A DNA stretch of 64,000 nt from positions 752,108 to 816,107 of the forward strand of contig JBMNLN010000001.1 of NCBI GenBank assembly GCA_050952725.1, in the 5' to 3' direction. The position numbers were made by a program, and so were the translations under genes. Source of the stretch: Bacilli bacterium (GTDB lineage: Bacteria > Bacillota_I > Bacilli_A > RFN20 > CAG-826). This document shows positions 18,476 through 27,367 of the stretch, one piece after another (the first letter of the stretch is position 1; the number at the start of each line of letters is the position of its first letter). The notes beneath the pieces were generated by a model. That model did not search any database, was not told the DNA's origin, and saw only the letters and a program-made list of their open reading frames with translations.

Positions 18476-19693
18476 ATGATGATAAAAAGAGACTATTATT
18501 TGAATAAACTCATATACTACAAAGATAAAGATTTAATTAAGGTAATAACTGGTATCAGAAGGGTTGGAAAATCTTTTTTGCTTTTTAATTTGTATTATGA
18601 TTACTTAATTAAATCAGGAATTAATCAATCCAATATTATAAAAATAAATCTTGAATCAGATAAAATGAAAACTTTAAGAGACCCAGTAGAATTGTCTAAA
18701 TATGTTAATTCTAAAATTAATAGTAATGATAAATATTATTTATTGATTGATGAAATTCAACATGTTAATGATTTTGAAGATGTGATTAATGGGCTAAGAG
18801 TGGATCTTAATGTTGATATCTATTTGACTGGTTCGAATTCGAAACTACTCTCTAGTGATATTAACACTAAGTTAAGAGGAAGAAGTATTGAAATTAAATT
18901 ATATCCGTTATCTTTTTTTGAGTATCACAATTATTATCAAGGAGATCTTGATGATGATTTCAAGGAATATCTTTTATATGGGGGATTACCATATTTAATC
19001 AATGAAGATGATAGCAATGGGAAAATAGCATATCTAAAGATGATTAATGAAACTGTAGTGATAAAAGATATAGTAGAAAGACATAAGATTAGAAACCCGC
19101 ATTTTTTTAATGCTGTATATGAGTTTTTGTGTTCAAATATCGGTTCATATGTCAGTGCTTATAAAATCGCTAACACATTAAAAAGCAATGGCTATAAAAC
19201 TATAACCAGTGATACTGTCAGCAATTACTTAGAGTTTTTAACTAATGCTTATTTGTTTTACAAAGTAAATCGCTATGATGTTAAAGGAAAAGCATATTTA
19301 AAAACTCAAAATAAGTATTATGCATCAGATATTGGGATGCGAAATGCCAAGATTAATTATCGGCAACTAGAAATAACCCATACATTGGAAAACATTATTT
19401 ATTTAGAACTCTTAAGAAGAGGTTACATTGTTGATATTGGGAAAAATTATAATAGTGAAATTGATTTTATCGCGAAAAATAAGCAAGATACTTATTATCT
19501 TCAAGTCAGTTACACAATAAATGACCCTAATATAAAAGAGCGCGAACTAAAAGCCTTTAAAAATTTAGCGGATGGTTATAAGAAAATTGTTTTAACAATG
19601 GATAAAGATCCATATCTTCATTTAGAAAATGGATATAAAAAGGTTAATATAATTGACTTTTTATTAAAAGAAGACATTTTAGAATTGATATAA
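18476..19693 (+). CDS. AAA_14/DUF4143-family ATPase (archaeal-ATPase-like ATP-binding protein).
   Basis: It has a Walker A motif (GIRRVGKSFLL) and a Walker B motif (YLLIDEIQ). The arrangement ...LTGSNSKLL... with a C-terminal DUF4143-like region is typical of this family. The true ATG is at 18476; the track start at 18461 is TTG. Confidence 0.6.
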   Translation: MMIKRDYYLNKLIYYKDKDLIKVITGIRRVGKSFLLFNLYYDYLIKSGINQSNIIKINLESDKMKTLRDPVELSKYVNSKINSNDKYYLLIDEIQHVNDFEDVINGLRVDLNVDIYLTGSNSKLLSSDINTKLRGRSIEIKLYPLSFFEYHNYYQGDLDDDFKEYLLYGGLPYLINEDDSNGKIAYLKMINETVVIKDIVERHKIRNPHFFNAVYEFLCSNIGSYVSAYKIANTLKSNGYKTITSDTVSNYLEFLTNAYLFYKVNRYDVKGKAYLKTQNKYYASDIGMRNAKINYRQLEITHTLENIIYLELLRRGYIVDIGKNYNSEIDFIAKNKQDTYYLQVSYTINDPNIKERELKAFKNLADGYKKIVLTMDKDPYLHLENGYKKVNIIDFLLKEDILELI

Positions 19694-20150
19694 ATTAAAA
19701 ATATTAAACAAAATTCCAATTAATTGCCAAAAAGTTCAATAGAAGTAGTTTTTCATTTTAAATTCTTCCATATTTGATTTCATTAAACATTTTTCGCGTC
19801 TGAGCTTTCATTCCCTAGGTATTAAGCACATCACAATCTGCTTTATTAATTGAGAATGAGATTTTAGGATAAGTGGTTAAATCTAATTTATCTTCAATGA
19901 TTCCTTTTTCCACGACAGACTTTGATGGTGGCTTTCATGGTATTTGCACAAAATTACATCAAATGTTTCTGGGTTTTGTGCTAGTTAAGCATGGTAGTGT
20001 CTCCTTTCTCAGTGTACTTACTAGAATTGTAGACTGCCTTTTTTGTTTGTTACCTACAAATGTGAAACGGTATCAGAAAAAATATTGAAATTATTTTTAT
20101 ACTTTTTGTGATAACATTTTGGTATAAGACAAAAGCAAAGGTGTTTGTTT

Positions 20151-21032
20151 ATGATTAAAAGAGTAGTCGATTTTACTGGTAATCAAACAATAAGATTTAT
20201 TAAAGAATTGTATGAATGCTTTGATACTGGTTATGCATTTGAGGATTTTGTAAAGGTTTATTTAGAATTCTTGGGGTTTGATGAAGTTGTAGTTACGCAA
20301 AGAGCAAAGGATGGTGGTATTGATTTAACAGCAATCAAAATTGGTATTGGAGGGCTTTCTTCCGAAAAAGGAAAAATAAACTACGAGCCAGATAAAGTAA
20401 TCTATCGAATTCAAGCCAAAAGATATAAACCAACAGGTAAAAAGATACCAATAGATGATATTCGAAAATTTAGAGGGGCAGCAGGATTTAAAAGCGGGCA
20501 AAAAGGGATATTTATAACAACTGGTAAATTTACTTCTGATGCAATTAAAGAAGCTAATGCGAAGCCAGAACAACCCATTATTTTAATTGATGGAGAAACC
20601 TTGATTAAAAGCATGCTAGATTTAAATTTAGGTTTTGTATTTATTCCAGAATTTAAGAAGGAGTTAATCAATAATTTATTGCAAAAAAAGAATATTATTT
20701 TATCAACATCGGAATATGGAAGTGAAAAAAGAAGAGACAATTTTATATCTGTTGATAAACTAATTAGTCTAAACGATATTAGGGCAAGAATAATTGGCGT
20801 TCCTCAAGAAATAATCAATGCTTTAGATGATGACTTTGATAAAATCGAAATTCAAATGGGAGATTTATCCACTAAGGAGTATAGCTACAATAAAAATCGC
20901 AAATATATTGCAGGTGTGACAAAATTCTTTAAAAAATACGGATTGATTGATGATGCTAATGTTTATCATCCTAAAAAAGTTAATTGGATGAAAGAAGGTT
21001 CAAATATCAAGATAACTATTTTAGAAGAATAA
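20151..21032 (+). CDS. Mrr-like (Mrr_cat) restriction endonuclease domain protein.
   Basis: FEDFVKVYLEFLGF ... QRAKDGGIDLTA ... IQAKRYK ... GIFITTGKFTSDA ... IILIDGETL matches the Mrr catalytic-domain pattern (D...(D/E)xK, QxK). The ATG is at 20151 with an AAGGTG RBS. Confidence 0.6.
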   Translation: MIKRVVDFTGNQTIRFIKELYECFDTGYAFEDFVKVYLEFLGFDEVVVTQRAKDGGIDLTAIKIGIGGLSSEKGKINYEPDKVIYRIQAKRYKPTGKKIPIDDIRKFRGAAGFKSGQKGIFITTGKFTSDAIKEANAKPEQPIILIDGETLIKSMLDLNLGFVFIPEFKKELINNLLQKKNIILSTSEYGSEKRRDNFISVDKLISLNDIRARIIGVPQEIINALDDDFDKIEIQMGDLSTKEYSYNKNRKYIAGVTKFFKKYGLIDDANVYHPKKVNWMKEGSNIKITILEE

Positions 21033-21907
21033 GTTTTCTGTAAAGGGTTTGTAAAAATATTACCTTAAAATAACTTCAGCAAATAGAATGATACAATTGA
21101 AGATGTTTATATATCACATGAAAACAATTTAGATAAATTGCTGATTCATGAAGTTTTTAGGCAAATTTCGATTAGGATTTTCAAATGTATCTACTCACAA
21201 ATAGCAAAATGCCGCTTAATTATAATGGCAATTATTCAAAGATACGCAAATGTCATTTATAATATCGACAAATATTGAGGATATGAATTTTTTGAGGTTG
21301 ATGTTTAAAAAGACAACTTTTAACAGAAAAACGTAATATTTTTTGGTCACGACTTGGTTCTAAAATAAAGAAGATTAGTCGTCTAAAGCATTGAATACTT
21401 TCGGAATTATAATCATATTTCCAAACTGGGAAAAGAAATCTTAAAAATTATAAAGAACGGTCGTTATGTCTTGAGTTGTTTGTCTATGCTCACATGAGAA
21501 ACTGAGCGCGATAAACCAGATAGTCTATAAAAAATGCAATTGGTGCAAAAATGGGCCACAATGAAATAAAAGGACTCTATATTCAAAAAGTCGAAATCGT
21601 TTTAAAAAATAACCCAATCTTAACCACAGCCATTTTAGACAATAATATTTGGTAAAAACAATACATAGGCAGGAAAGAAATCGGCTTTCCGCGGCTATCC
21701 AATGTTTTTTAAAGAGACATGATACATTTTCATTGGCTGTAAACCAGTATTTTTTGTATTATAAAGTTATAATTTCAATTTATTGGTTCAAATAAGATAG
21801 GGAAGTATGATTTTGTAAGAAATAAAACATATTATTCAGTTATCCGTGCAATCTAAAAACATACATAAGACTTGCATTTATTAAAAGCAAAGAAATGGAG
21901 GAATATT

Positions 21908-24199
21908 ATGACCACGTGGGATGAGTTAGTTTCAGGTGAAGAACTAGATAAAGTTTCCAAATCGAGAAGAATAAAATATAAAGAGATAAAAGTTGAAAAA
22001 GAATCAATTGCTGAGCACGAAAAAAAAGGTTGGAAAATATTTCGAAGATATAAAGATGGCTCTGCTAAAATGCGAGCCCCAAAAGAGATTGGCGATGCCT
22101 TCGAAGATGAAGTATGGACGATTTTTTATGATATGGGCTTTGAGATTATGAACAAGTCTAATGGTTTCAAATTGTCTTATTCTAAAGGAAATCCAGATTT
22201 AACTAAGCAAATCGATGTTATAGCCATTGATGACGAAGTAATACTATTAGTTGAATGTAAAGCTGCTGATAAGCCAGATACAACAGGAAATTGGAAAAAA
22301 GAACTAGAGTCCATACAAGGCTTTTTTCCGGGTTTGTGCAAAGAAATAAGACAAAAATATAAGAACAGAAAAGTAAAATATATACTAGCTACTAAGAATT
22401 ACCTTATAGGTGAGCAAGATAACAAAAGAATGGAAGAATTCAAAATCGCCAATTTTAACCATGAAGTGGTAACGTATTATGCGGAACTTGTGAAACATCT
22501 AGGCTCTGCCGCTAGATATCAGCTTCTAGGTAATCTATTTGCTAAACAACGCGTTGAAAACATGATAAAAAAAATTCCTGCTATTGAAGGAAGAATGGGG
22601 GGCTTGAAATATTATACATTTTTGATTGAGCCTGAAAAACTTTTAAAAATCTCCTACATTTTACATCGAAGCAAAGCAAATCATAAAATGATGCCAACTT
22701 ATCAAAGGTTGATCAAAAAGGATAGATTAAAGGCAATACGAAAATTTGTTAATGAGGGAGGATATTTTCCAAATTCGATAATTGTATCTATTGATACTGT
22801 TAGAAAAGAGCCAAGATTCGAGTTATTAACTTCCAAATTAGATAACAACAATAATTCGCGAGCGGGTTATCTATATTTGCCAGGGTTTTATCAATCGGTT
22901 TATATAATTGATGGTCAGCATAGGCTATATGGATATTCGGATACTAAATATGCAAACAATAATACAATTCCTGTGGTTGCGTTTTTAAATTTGAGCAAAA
23001 ATGAACAAGTTAAATTGTTTATGGACATTAATCAAAATCAAAAATCCGTTTCGAAGAGTCTCAGAAACACACTCAATGTCGATCTTTTATGGGATTCTGA
23101 AGATGCAAACGAAAGAAAGTTAGCCTTAATGTTAGGGCTTGCTCAATCATTGGGTGAAGATCCAACTTCTCCATTGTTTCAAAGAATTATCACAGGAGAG
23201 GATAAAATTACAGAAAAAAGATGTATTACAATCGATTATATTAAAGAAGCCGTTGCAAATTCATCTTTTTTAAATATTTACAAAAAGGGAAAAAATGAAA
23301 TAATTCAACACGGCACCTTCGATAAAGATGATAATGACAGAACATTAGACTTTCTACTTTCATTTTTAAAAAAAAGTTTAAAACTAATGTCTGAATTCCT
23401 ACAAGAGGAATGGGAAAAGGGAAGTTCTGGATATATAACTATTAATAACACGATGTATGGAATCATTAAAATCATTGATGACATCGTAAATATGACTTTG
23501 AAAAAAGAAAAAAAACAAATTGTTGATAACGCAGATGAGTTCTATAAAAAGTGTGAGCCATTACTTTATAAATTTATAGAAACACTATCATCTCTTGATT
23601 CTGATTCAGTTAAGACAATCAAGGAAGCCAAAGGCGGTGCTGCTAAGAAAATATCTTGGCGCACACTACAAGTTGCGTTTTACAAAAAAGAACCTTGTTT
23701 TACCAACCCTGAATTAGAGCAATATATAATCGAAAATTGCACTGATAATAACCCAGATGCTTCTGAGTATTTATTTCAGATTGAGATGTACTTGAAGGGG
23801 CATTTTAAAGAACAACTAGAAAAAAATAATGACTGGATGAACAATATGATACCTGAATCGTTGACCAATCAACTAATATCCAAAAAAGCAATTGAAGAAA
23901 ATAATAGAAAAAAAATGGATAATTATACAGAAGTAGATGTTTGGGATTTTATTTCCTTTGATGAAATCAAACAGATTGCGACTTATAAAACAAATTGGTC
24001 GGATTTTTGCTCGACAATATTATCTTCTTCAAAAATCAAATCCACTAAAGTTGATGCGATTACATGGCTAAGTTCCTTCTCGAGATACAAATCCAAAATC
24101 ACGACAGAAAAGAATATTTTAACAAGCGAACTAAAGGATATTCGTGATATTTATAATATGTTTTTCTTAAATCAGATTGGAGATGAGAAAAAAACATGA
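21908..24199 (+). CDS. DGQHR-domain (DndB-like, ParB/Srx fold) protein fused to an N-terminal PD-(D/E)xK nuclease-like domain.
   Basis: The YIIDGQHRLYGYSD motif sits in a ParB-like region (FPNSIIVSID...). The N-terminal segment IDVIAIDDEVILLVECKAADK looks like a PD-(D/E)xK motif. A GGAGG RBS lies 7 nt upstream of the ATG at 21908. The stop overlaps the MTase start. Confidence 0.65.
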   Translation: MTTWDELVSGEELDKVSKSRRIKYKEIKVEKESIAEHEKKGWKIFRRYKDGSAKMRAPKEIGDAFEDEVWTIFYDMGFEIMNKSNGFKLSYSKGNPDLTKQIDVIAIDDEVILLVECKAADKPDTTGNWKKELESIQGFFPGLCKEIRQKYKNRKVKYILATKNYLIGEQDNKRMEEFKIANFNHEVVTYYAELVKHLGSAARYQLLGNLFAKQRVENMIKKIPAIEGRMGGLKYYTFLIEPEKLLKISYILHRSKANHKMMPTYQRLIKKDRLKAIRKFVNEGGYFPNSIIVSIDTVRKEPRFELLTSKLDNNNNSRAGYLYLPGFYQSVYIIDGQHRLYGYSDTKYANNNTIPVVAFLNLSKNEQVKLFMDINQNQKSVSKSLRNTLNVDLLWDSEDANERKLALMLGLAQSLGEDPTSPLFQRIITGEDKITEKRCITIDYIKEAVANSSFLNIYKKGKNEIIQHGTFDKDDNDRTLDFLLSFLKKSLKLMSEFLQEEWEKGSSGYITINNTMYGIIKIIDDIVNMTLKKEKKQIVDNADEFYKKCEPLLYKFIETLSSLDSDSVKTIKEAKGGAAKKISWRTLQVAFYKKEPCFTNPELEQYIIENCTDNNPDASEYLFQIEMYLKGHFKEQLEKNNDWMNNMIPESLTNQLISKKAIEENNRKKMDNYTEVDVWDFISFDEIKQIATYKTNWSDFCSTILSSSKIKSTKVDAITWLSSFSRYKSKITTEKNILTSELKDIRDIYNMFFLNQIGDEKKT

Positions 24200-25035
24200 A
24201 ACCTGTTTTAAAATGGGCAGGAGGAAAAAGATTACTAATTCCAGAAATTGCTAAATACATAAATAAACAAAAAATGGAAGAAAAAGGTCATCGATATTTT
24301 GAGCCTTTTGTCGGTGGTGGTGCTGTTTGTTTTCATTTAAAAATAAAAGATTCAGTGATAAATGACATTAATACGGAATTAATAAATGTATACACACAAA
24401 TTAGAGATAATCCAACAGAATTAATTAAAAAATTGAAAGAACACAAAAATAAATACAGTTCTGAATATTATGAAAAGATTAGAGTTTTGGACAGAGAACC
24501 TGACTTTTCCTCAAAACCTGCCGTATTAAGAGCGGCAAGATTTATCTTTTTAAATAAAACCTGTTATAACGGATTATATAGAGTTAATTCATTCGGACAT
24601 TTTAATGTTCCTGAAGGTAAATATAAAAATCCTGATATCGTTTCGGAAAACAATATAAAAAAACTTAGCAAATTTTTAAATGAAAAAAATATCTCTATCA
24701 GAAATGTTGATTTTGAAGAGAGTGTAAGAGATGCAAAGGCGGGCGATGTTGTCTATTTTGATCCTCCTTATGACTATGAATATGAAGGTTTTAATGGATA
24801 TAATGTTGATGCTTTTGATCGAGAAAATTTAAAGAGATTAAAACGAGTCGCGGACGATTTAACTAATCGTGGATGCAAAGTTATTATTAGTAATAACAAT
24901 ACTAAGTTTGTCAATGACTTGTTTGACTCAGAAAATTATACAATTGAATATGTGGAAGCCAATAGATTTATTAATTGTGACGGTAAAGGAAGAAAGAAAG
25001 TAAGAGAGGTTATTATTTATGGAGAAAAAAAATAA
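24196..25035 (+). CDS. Dam-family (D12 class) DNA N6-adenine methyltransferase.
   Basis: LKWAGGKRLL (motif X), FEPFVGGGAV (motif I) and YFDPPYD (motif IV, DPPY) are present. There is an ATGA overlap with the upstream gene. Confidence 0.8.
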   Translation: MKPVLKWAGGKRLLIPEIAKYINKQKMEEKGHRYFEPFVGGGAVCFHLKIKDSVINDINTELINVYTQIRDNPTELIKKLKEHKNKYSSEYYEKIRVLDREPDFSSKPAVLRAARFIFLNKTCYNGLYRVNSFGHFNVPEGKYKNPDIVSENNIKKLSKFLNEKNISIRNVDFEESVRDAKAGDVVYFDPPYDYEYEGFNGYNVDAFDRENLKRLKRVADDLTNRGCKVIISNNNTKFVNDLFDSENYTIEYVEANRFINCDGKGRKKVREVIIYGEKK

Positions 25036-25477
25036 AATTCCCTTTCCACAGGCTAATGATTTTGAAAAAGTCATCATGATATTAAATATTAATAATGAGG
25101 CCAATTTGAAAAAAAAATCTGTTATTTCAATGATTTTGGGAGATGTTGAATATAGACAAGTACAATATTACGTTTCTGCGTTAATATATTTGGGATTAGC
25201 AACAAAAGAAAAAACTTTTTCTGAAAAAGGGAAATATATTCGGACACTAGGTTATTCGGAGCAAATAATAGAGTTAGCAAAGCTTATTGTTTCAAAAGAT
25301 GTGTTTGGCACAGCCTATTTTACGGAACAATTTTTAAAAATTAAACTTGATGTTGATGATGTTGTCCAAATAATGAAAATATATGTTGACTTTGATAGTA
25401 ATTCAACATACAAGCGCCGAGCCCAAACCGTAATAAGTTGGTTAGAGTGGATTAATAATAAAAAGAAAGATTTATGA
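25019..25477 (+). CDS. Hypothetical small protein of 152 aa in the island.
   Basis: The ORF overlaps the MTase 3' end by 17 nt and is AT-rich. No motif is recognised. Confidence 0.35.
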   Translation: MEKKNKIPFPQANDFEKVIMILNINNEANLKKKSVISMILGDVEYRQVQYYVSALIYLGLATKEKTFSEKGKYIRTLGYSEQIIELAKLIVSKDVFGTAYFTEQFLKIKLDVDDVVQIMKIYVDFDSNSTYKRRAQTVISWLEWINNKKKDL

Positions 25478-25602
25478 ATTAATTTCTTAATCATTTTTTG
25501 AAAAAAGAAATTTTATTCTTTGGTGACACTAAGAAAAGAGTTGGTAATCCATTTATTATCTTGAAAAAGTCGCCTCCAAGTTATATATTGTATAAGCGTG
25601 TT

Positions 25603-25679
25603 GCGCCGATAGCTCAACTGGATAGAGTGCCAGACTACGAATCTGGAGGTTGCGAGTTCGATTCTTGCTCGGCGCGCCA
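25603..25679 (+). tRNA. tRNA-Arg (anticodon ACG).
   Basis: GCGCCGATAGCTCAACTGGATAGAGTGCCAGACTACGAATCTGG...TCGGCGCGCCA. Confidence 0.9.
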
Positions 25680-25689
25680 TGACTTTTTC

Positions 25690-25765
<76 letters not shown>

Positions 25766-25820
25766 TGATTGTTCTCAACCTTTCCCCTTGATCTTATCCT
25801 AATATCAAATGGGAATTCTC

Positions 25821-25896
25821 GGGGCCATAGTTCAGTTGGGAGAACGCCTGCTTTGCAAGCAGGAGGTCAGGGGTTCGAGCCCCCTTGGCTCCACCA
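25821..25896 (+). tRNA. tRNA-Ala (anticodon TGC).
   Basis: GGGGCCATAGTTCAGTTGGGAGAACGCCTGCTTTGCAAGCAGG...GGCTCCACCA, with a G3:U70-type acceptor. Confidence 0.9.
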
Positions 25897-25903
25897 GTAA
25901 GAT

Positions 25904-25978
25904 GGCTGTGTAGCTCAGCGGTAGAGCGTCCGGTTCATACCCGGCAGGTCGGCGGTTCAAATCCGCCCGCAGCTACCA
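25904..25978 (+). tRNA. tRNA-Met, elongator (anticodon CAT).
   Basis: GGCTGTGTAGCTCAGCGGTAGAGCGTCCGGTTCATACCCGG... closely resembles Bacillus elongator tRNA-Met. Confidence 0.8.
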
Positions 25979-26079
25979 TGGAAACGAAATAGTCGCTGTT
26001 GATCCAGTGACTTTTTTGTTGCTTAGGGTAGGTATTTGTTTAAATAAATATCTATTTAATGTATTATATTTATGCTTGT

Positions 26080-26155
26080 GGACCCTTAGCTCAATGGTTA
26101 GAGCGACCGGCTCATAACCGGTTGGTTTCGGGTTCAAGTCCTGAAGGGTCCACCA
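26080..26155 (+). tRNA. tRNA-Ile2 (CAT anticodon, lysidine-type), less likely Met.
   Basis: GGACCCTTAGCTCAATGGTTAGAGCGACCGGCTCATAACCGG...AGGGTCCACCA resembles ileX-type tRNA-Ile(LAU), which reads GGCCCCTTAGCTCAGTGGTTAGAGC...CTCATAA.... Confidence 0.7.
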
Positions 26156-26162
26156 TGCTTTT

Positions 26163-26253
26163 GGAAGCATACCCAAGTGGTTGAAGGGGTCGGTCTTGAA
26201 AACCGATAGGGGGTGTGAGCCCTGCTAGAGTTCGAATCTCTATGCTTCCGCCA
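26163..26253 (+). tRNA. tRNA-Ser (anticodon TGA).
   Basis: GGAAGCATACCCAAGTGGTTGAAGGGGTCGGTCTTGAAAACCGA... has a long variable arm. Confidence 0.9.
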
Positions 26254-26265
26254 TCAAGTCAATCG

Positions 26266-26300
26266 GGTTTGAATGATCAGTTCAAACCTTTTTTCTTTTT
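26266..26300 (+). terminator. Rho-independent terminator closing the tRNA cluster.
   Basis: GGTTTGAAtgatcagTTCAAACC is followed by TTTTTTCTTTTT. Confidence 0.5.
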
Positions 26301-26337
26301 AAGGGAAGAAGTAGAATCTTAATGCTATAATAAACCC

Positions 26338-26874
26338 ATGAAAATCTTAGGGAAATTCATCGACGATCAATATCCAAATAACGGACATGACTCTCTCCGC
26401 GTTAGTGCTCGCGCCGTAGTTTTAAATAATGAAGGCAAGATAGCTTTAACCCACATTCAAGCGGATGATAAGTTTGGTCACCGCGATTATTATGAACTTC
26501 CAGGCGGAGGTGTCAAACCAGGTGAAAGTGTTTATCAAGCAGTTCAACGAGAAATATTAGAAGAACTCGGAGTGAAAACGCGATTAATCGCTGAGATTGG
26601 CGAAGTCCATGATTTCTACAATCTGATTAAACAGGAGAACAGATCGCTTTATTTTCTTTTACAAGTTGGTGAATATTGCGATAGTCATCTTGAAGAAAGA
26701 GAATCCCATCTGATTAAAGAAATTATCTGGGTCAGTTTCGAAGAAGCGCTTGAGTTATATAAGAATATGCAAAATGTTTTAGTTGGTCGTCTTGTTCAAC
26801 AAAGAGAACTCCCAGTATTATTTGAGGCGGTAAATATCCTCAAAACCAAGCAAAACCTCGATGTTTTCGAATGA
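26338..26874 (+). CDS. NUDIX hydrolase.
   Basis: The Nudix box is ELPGGGVKPGESVYQAVQREILEELGV, that is GX5EX7REUXEEXGU. Confidence 0.8.
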   Translation: MKILGKFIDDQYPNNGHDSLRVSARAVVLNNEGKIALTHIQADDKFGHRDYYELPGGGVKPGESVYQAVQREILEELGVKTRLIAEIGEVHDFYNLIKQENRSLYFLLQVGEYCDSHLEERESHLIKEIIWVSFEEALELYKNMQNVLVGRLVQQRELPVLFEAVNILKTKQNLDVFE

Positions 26875-26949
26875 GCCTTCTATCTTGATTAATTTTAATT
26901 TGCTTTCTTTTGACTTTTCCAAGCTTTTTCAATACAATGTTGTAGCAAT

Positions 26950-27026
26950 GGCGGATGTGGTGAAGAGGTTAACACACCTGGCTGTGAACCAGGCATTCGT
27001 GGGTTCAAGTCCCATCATTCGCCCCA
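26950..27026 (+). tRNA. tRNA-His (anticodon GTG) with a genomically encoded G-1.
   Basis: G-GCGGATGTGGTGAAGAGGTTAACACACCTGGCTGTGAACCAGG...CATTCGC-C-CCA. The 8-bp acceptor stem with G-1:C73 is the hallmark of bacterial tRNA-His. Confidence 0.85.
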
Positions 27027-27037
27027 AAAAAGAGATC

Positions 27038-27066
27038 AATGGGCCTTGAGCCCATTTTTCTTTTTC
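27038..27066 (+). terminator. Rho-independent terminator after tRNA-His.
   Basis: AATGGGCcttgaGCCCATT is followed by TTTCTTTTT. Confidence 0.5.
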
Positions 27067-27367
27067 TAACCCTGGATGGTTTTGGACTATTTTTCATGAT
27101 TTCTCTTGCAAAACTTTGCCACACAAAACCATACTCCCTTACCATATGAAGGTGGGCTCTACTGTAAAATTAATTATTGCGAATATGTGTTGTATTTTTC
27201 AAATTGAAACATCAATTAAAATTTGAAAATGAAATAGCAGCACAATTTATTTTCTTAATTAGTTGATCAAATTCTCTGTCCCATTAAACGCATTGAAAAA
27301 GTTTATTGTAAATAATTATGCTCCTTAAAATTGGACGAAAAATTGGCGATATATTTAGGGAGCATTT

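Larger units (their letters stand above)
18330..25600. other. AT-rich genomic island, about 28-32 % GC by eye against about 45-48 % in the flanks. It carries restriction-modification and defence-type genes and lies between tRNA-Cys and a tRNA cluster.
   Basis: Base composition shifts sharply at about 18330 and about 25500. The gene content is an ATPase, an Mrr-like REase, a DGQHR protein and a Dam MTase. tRNA genes flank both sides. Confidence 0.55.

Noticed and set aside
19873-20088. A 71 aa ORF between the ATPase and Mrr genes in the island.
   Set aside because: It has no RBS and a low-complexity hydrophobic translation in an AT-rich spacer. It is probably non-coding, though a small regulator cannot be excluded.
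18300-25600. A search for att direct repeats or an integrase delimiting the island.
   Set aside because: Only a 7-nt match (CCTCCAA) links the tRNA-Cys 3' end to the right border, and there is no integrase or recombinase ORF. This is insufficient to call a mobile element with defined ends.
25973-26176. A 67 aa minus-strand ORF.
   Set aside because: It spans the tRNA-Met, tRNA-Ile2 and tRNA-Ser genes and the spacers between them, and is not coding.
26861-27049. A 62 aa ORF overlapping tRNA-His.
   Set aside because: It covers the tRNA-His gene and its terminator and is an artefact.
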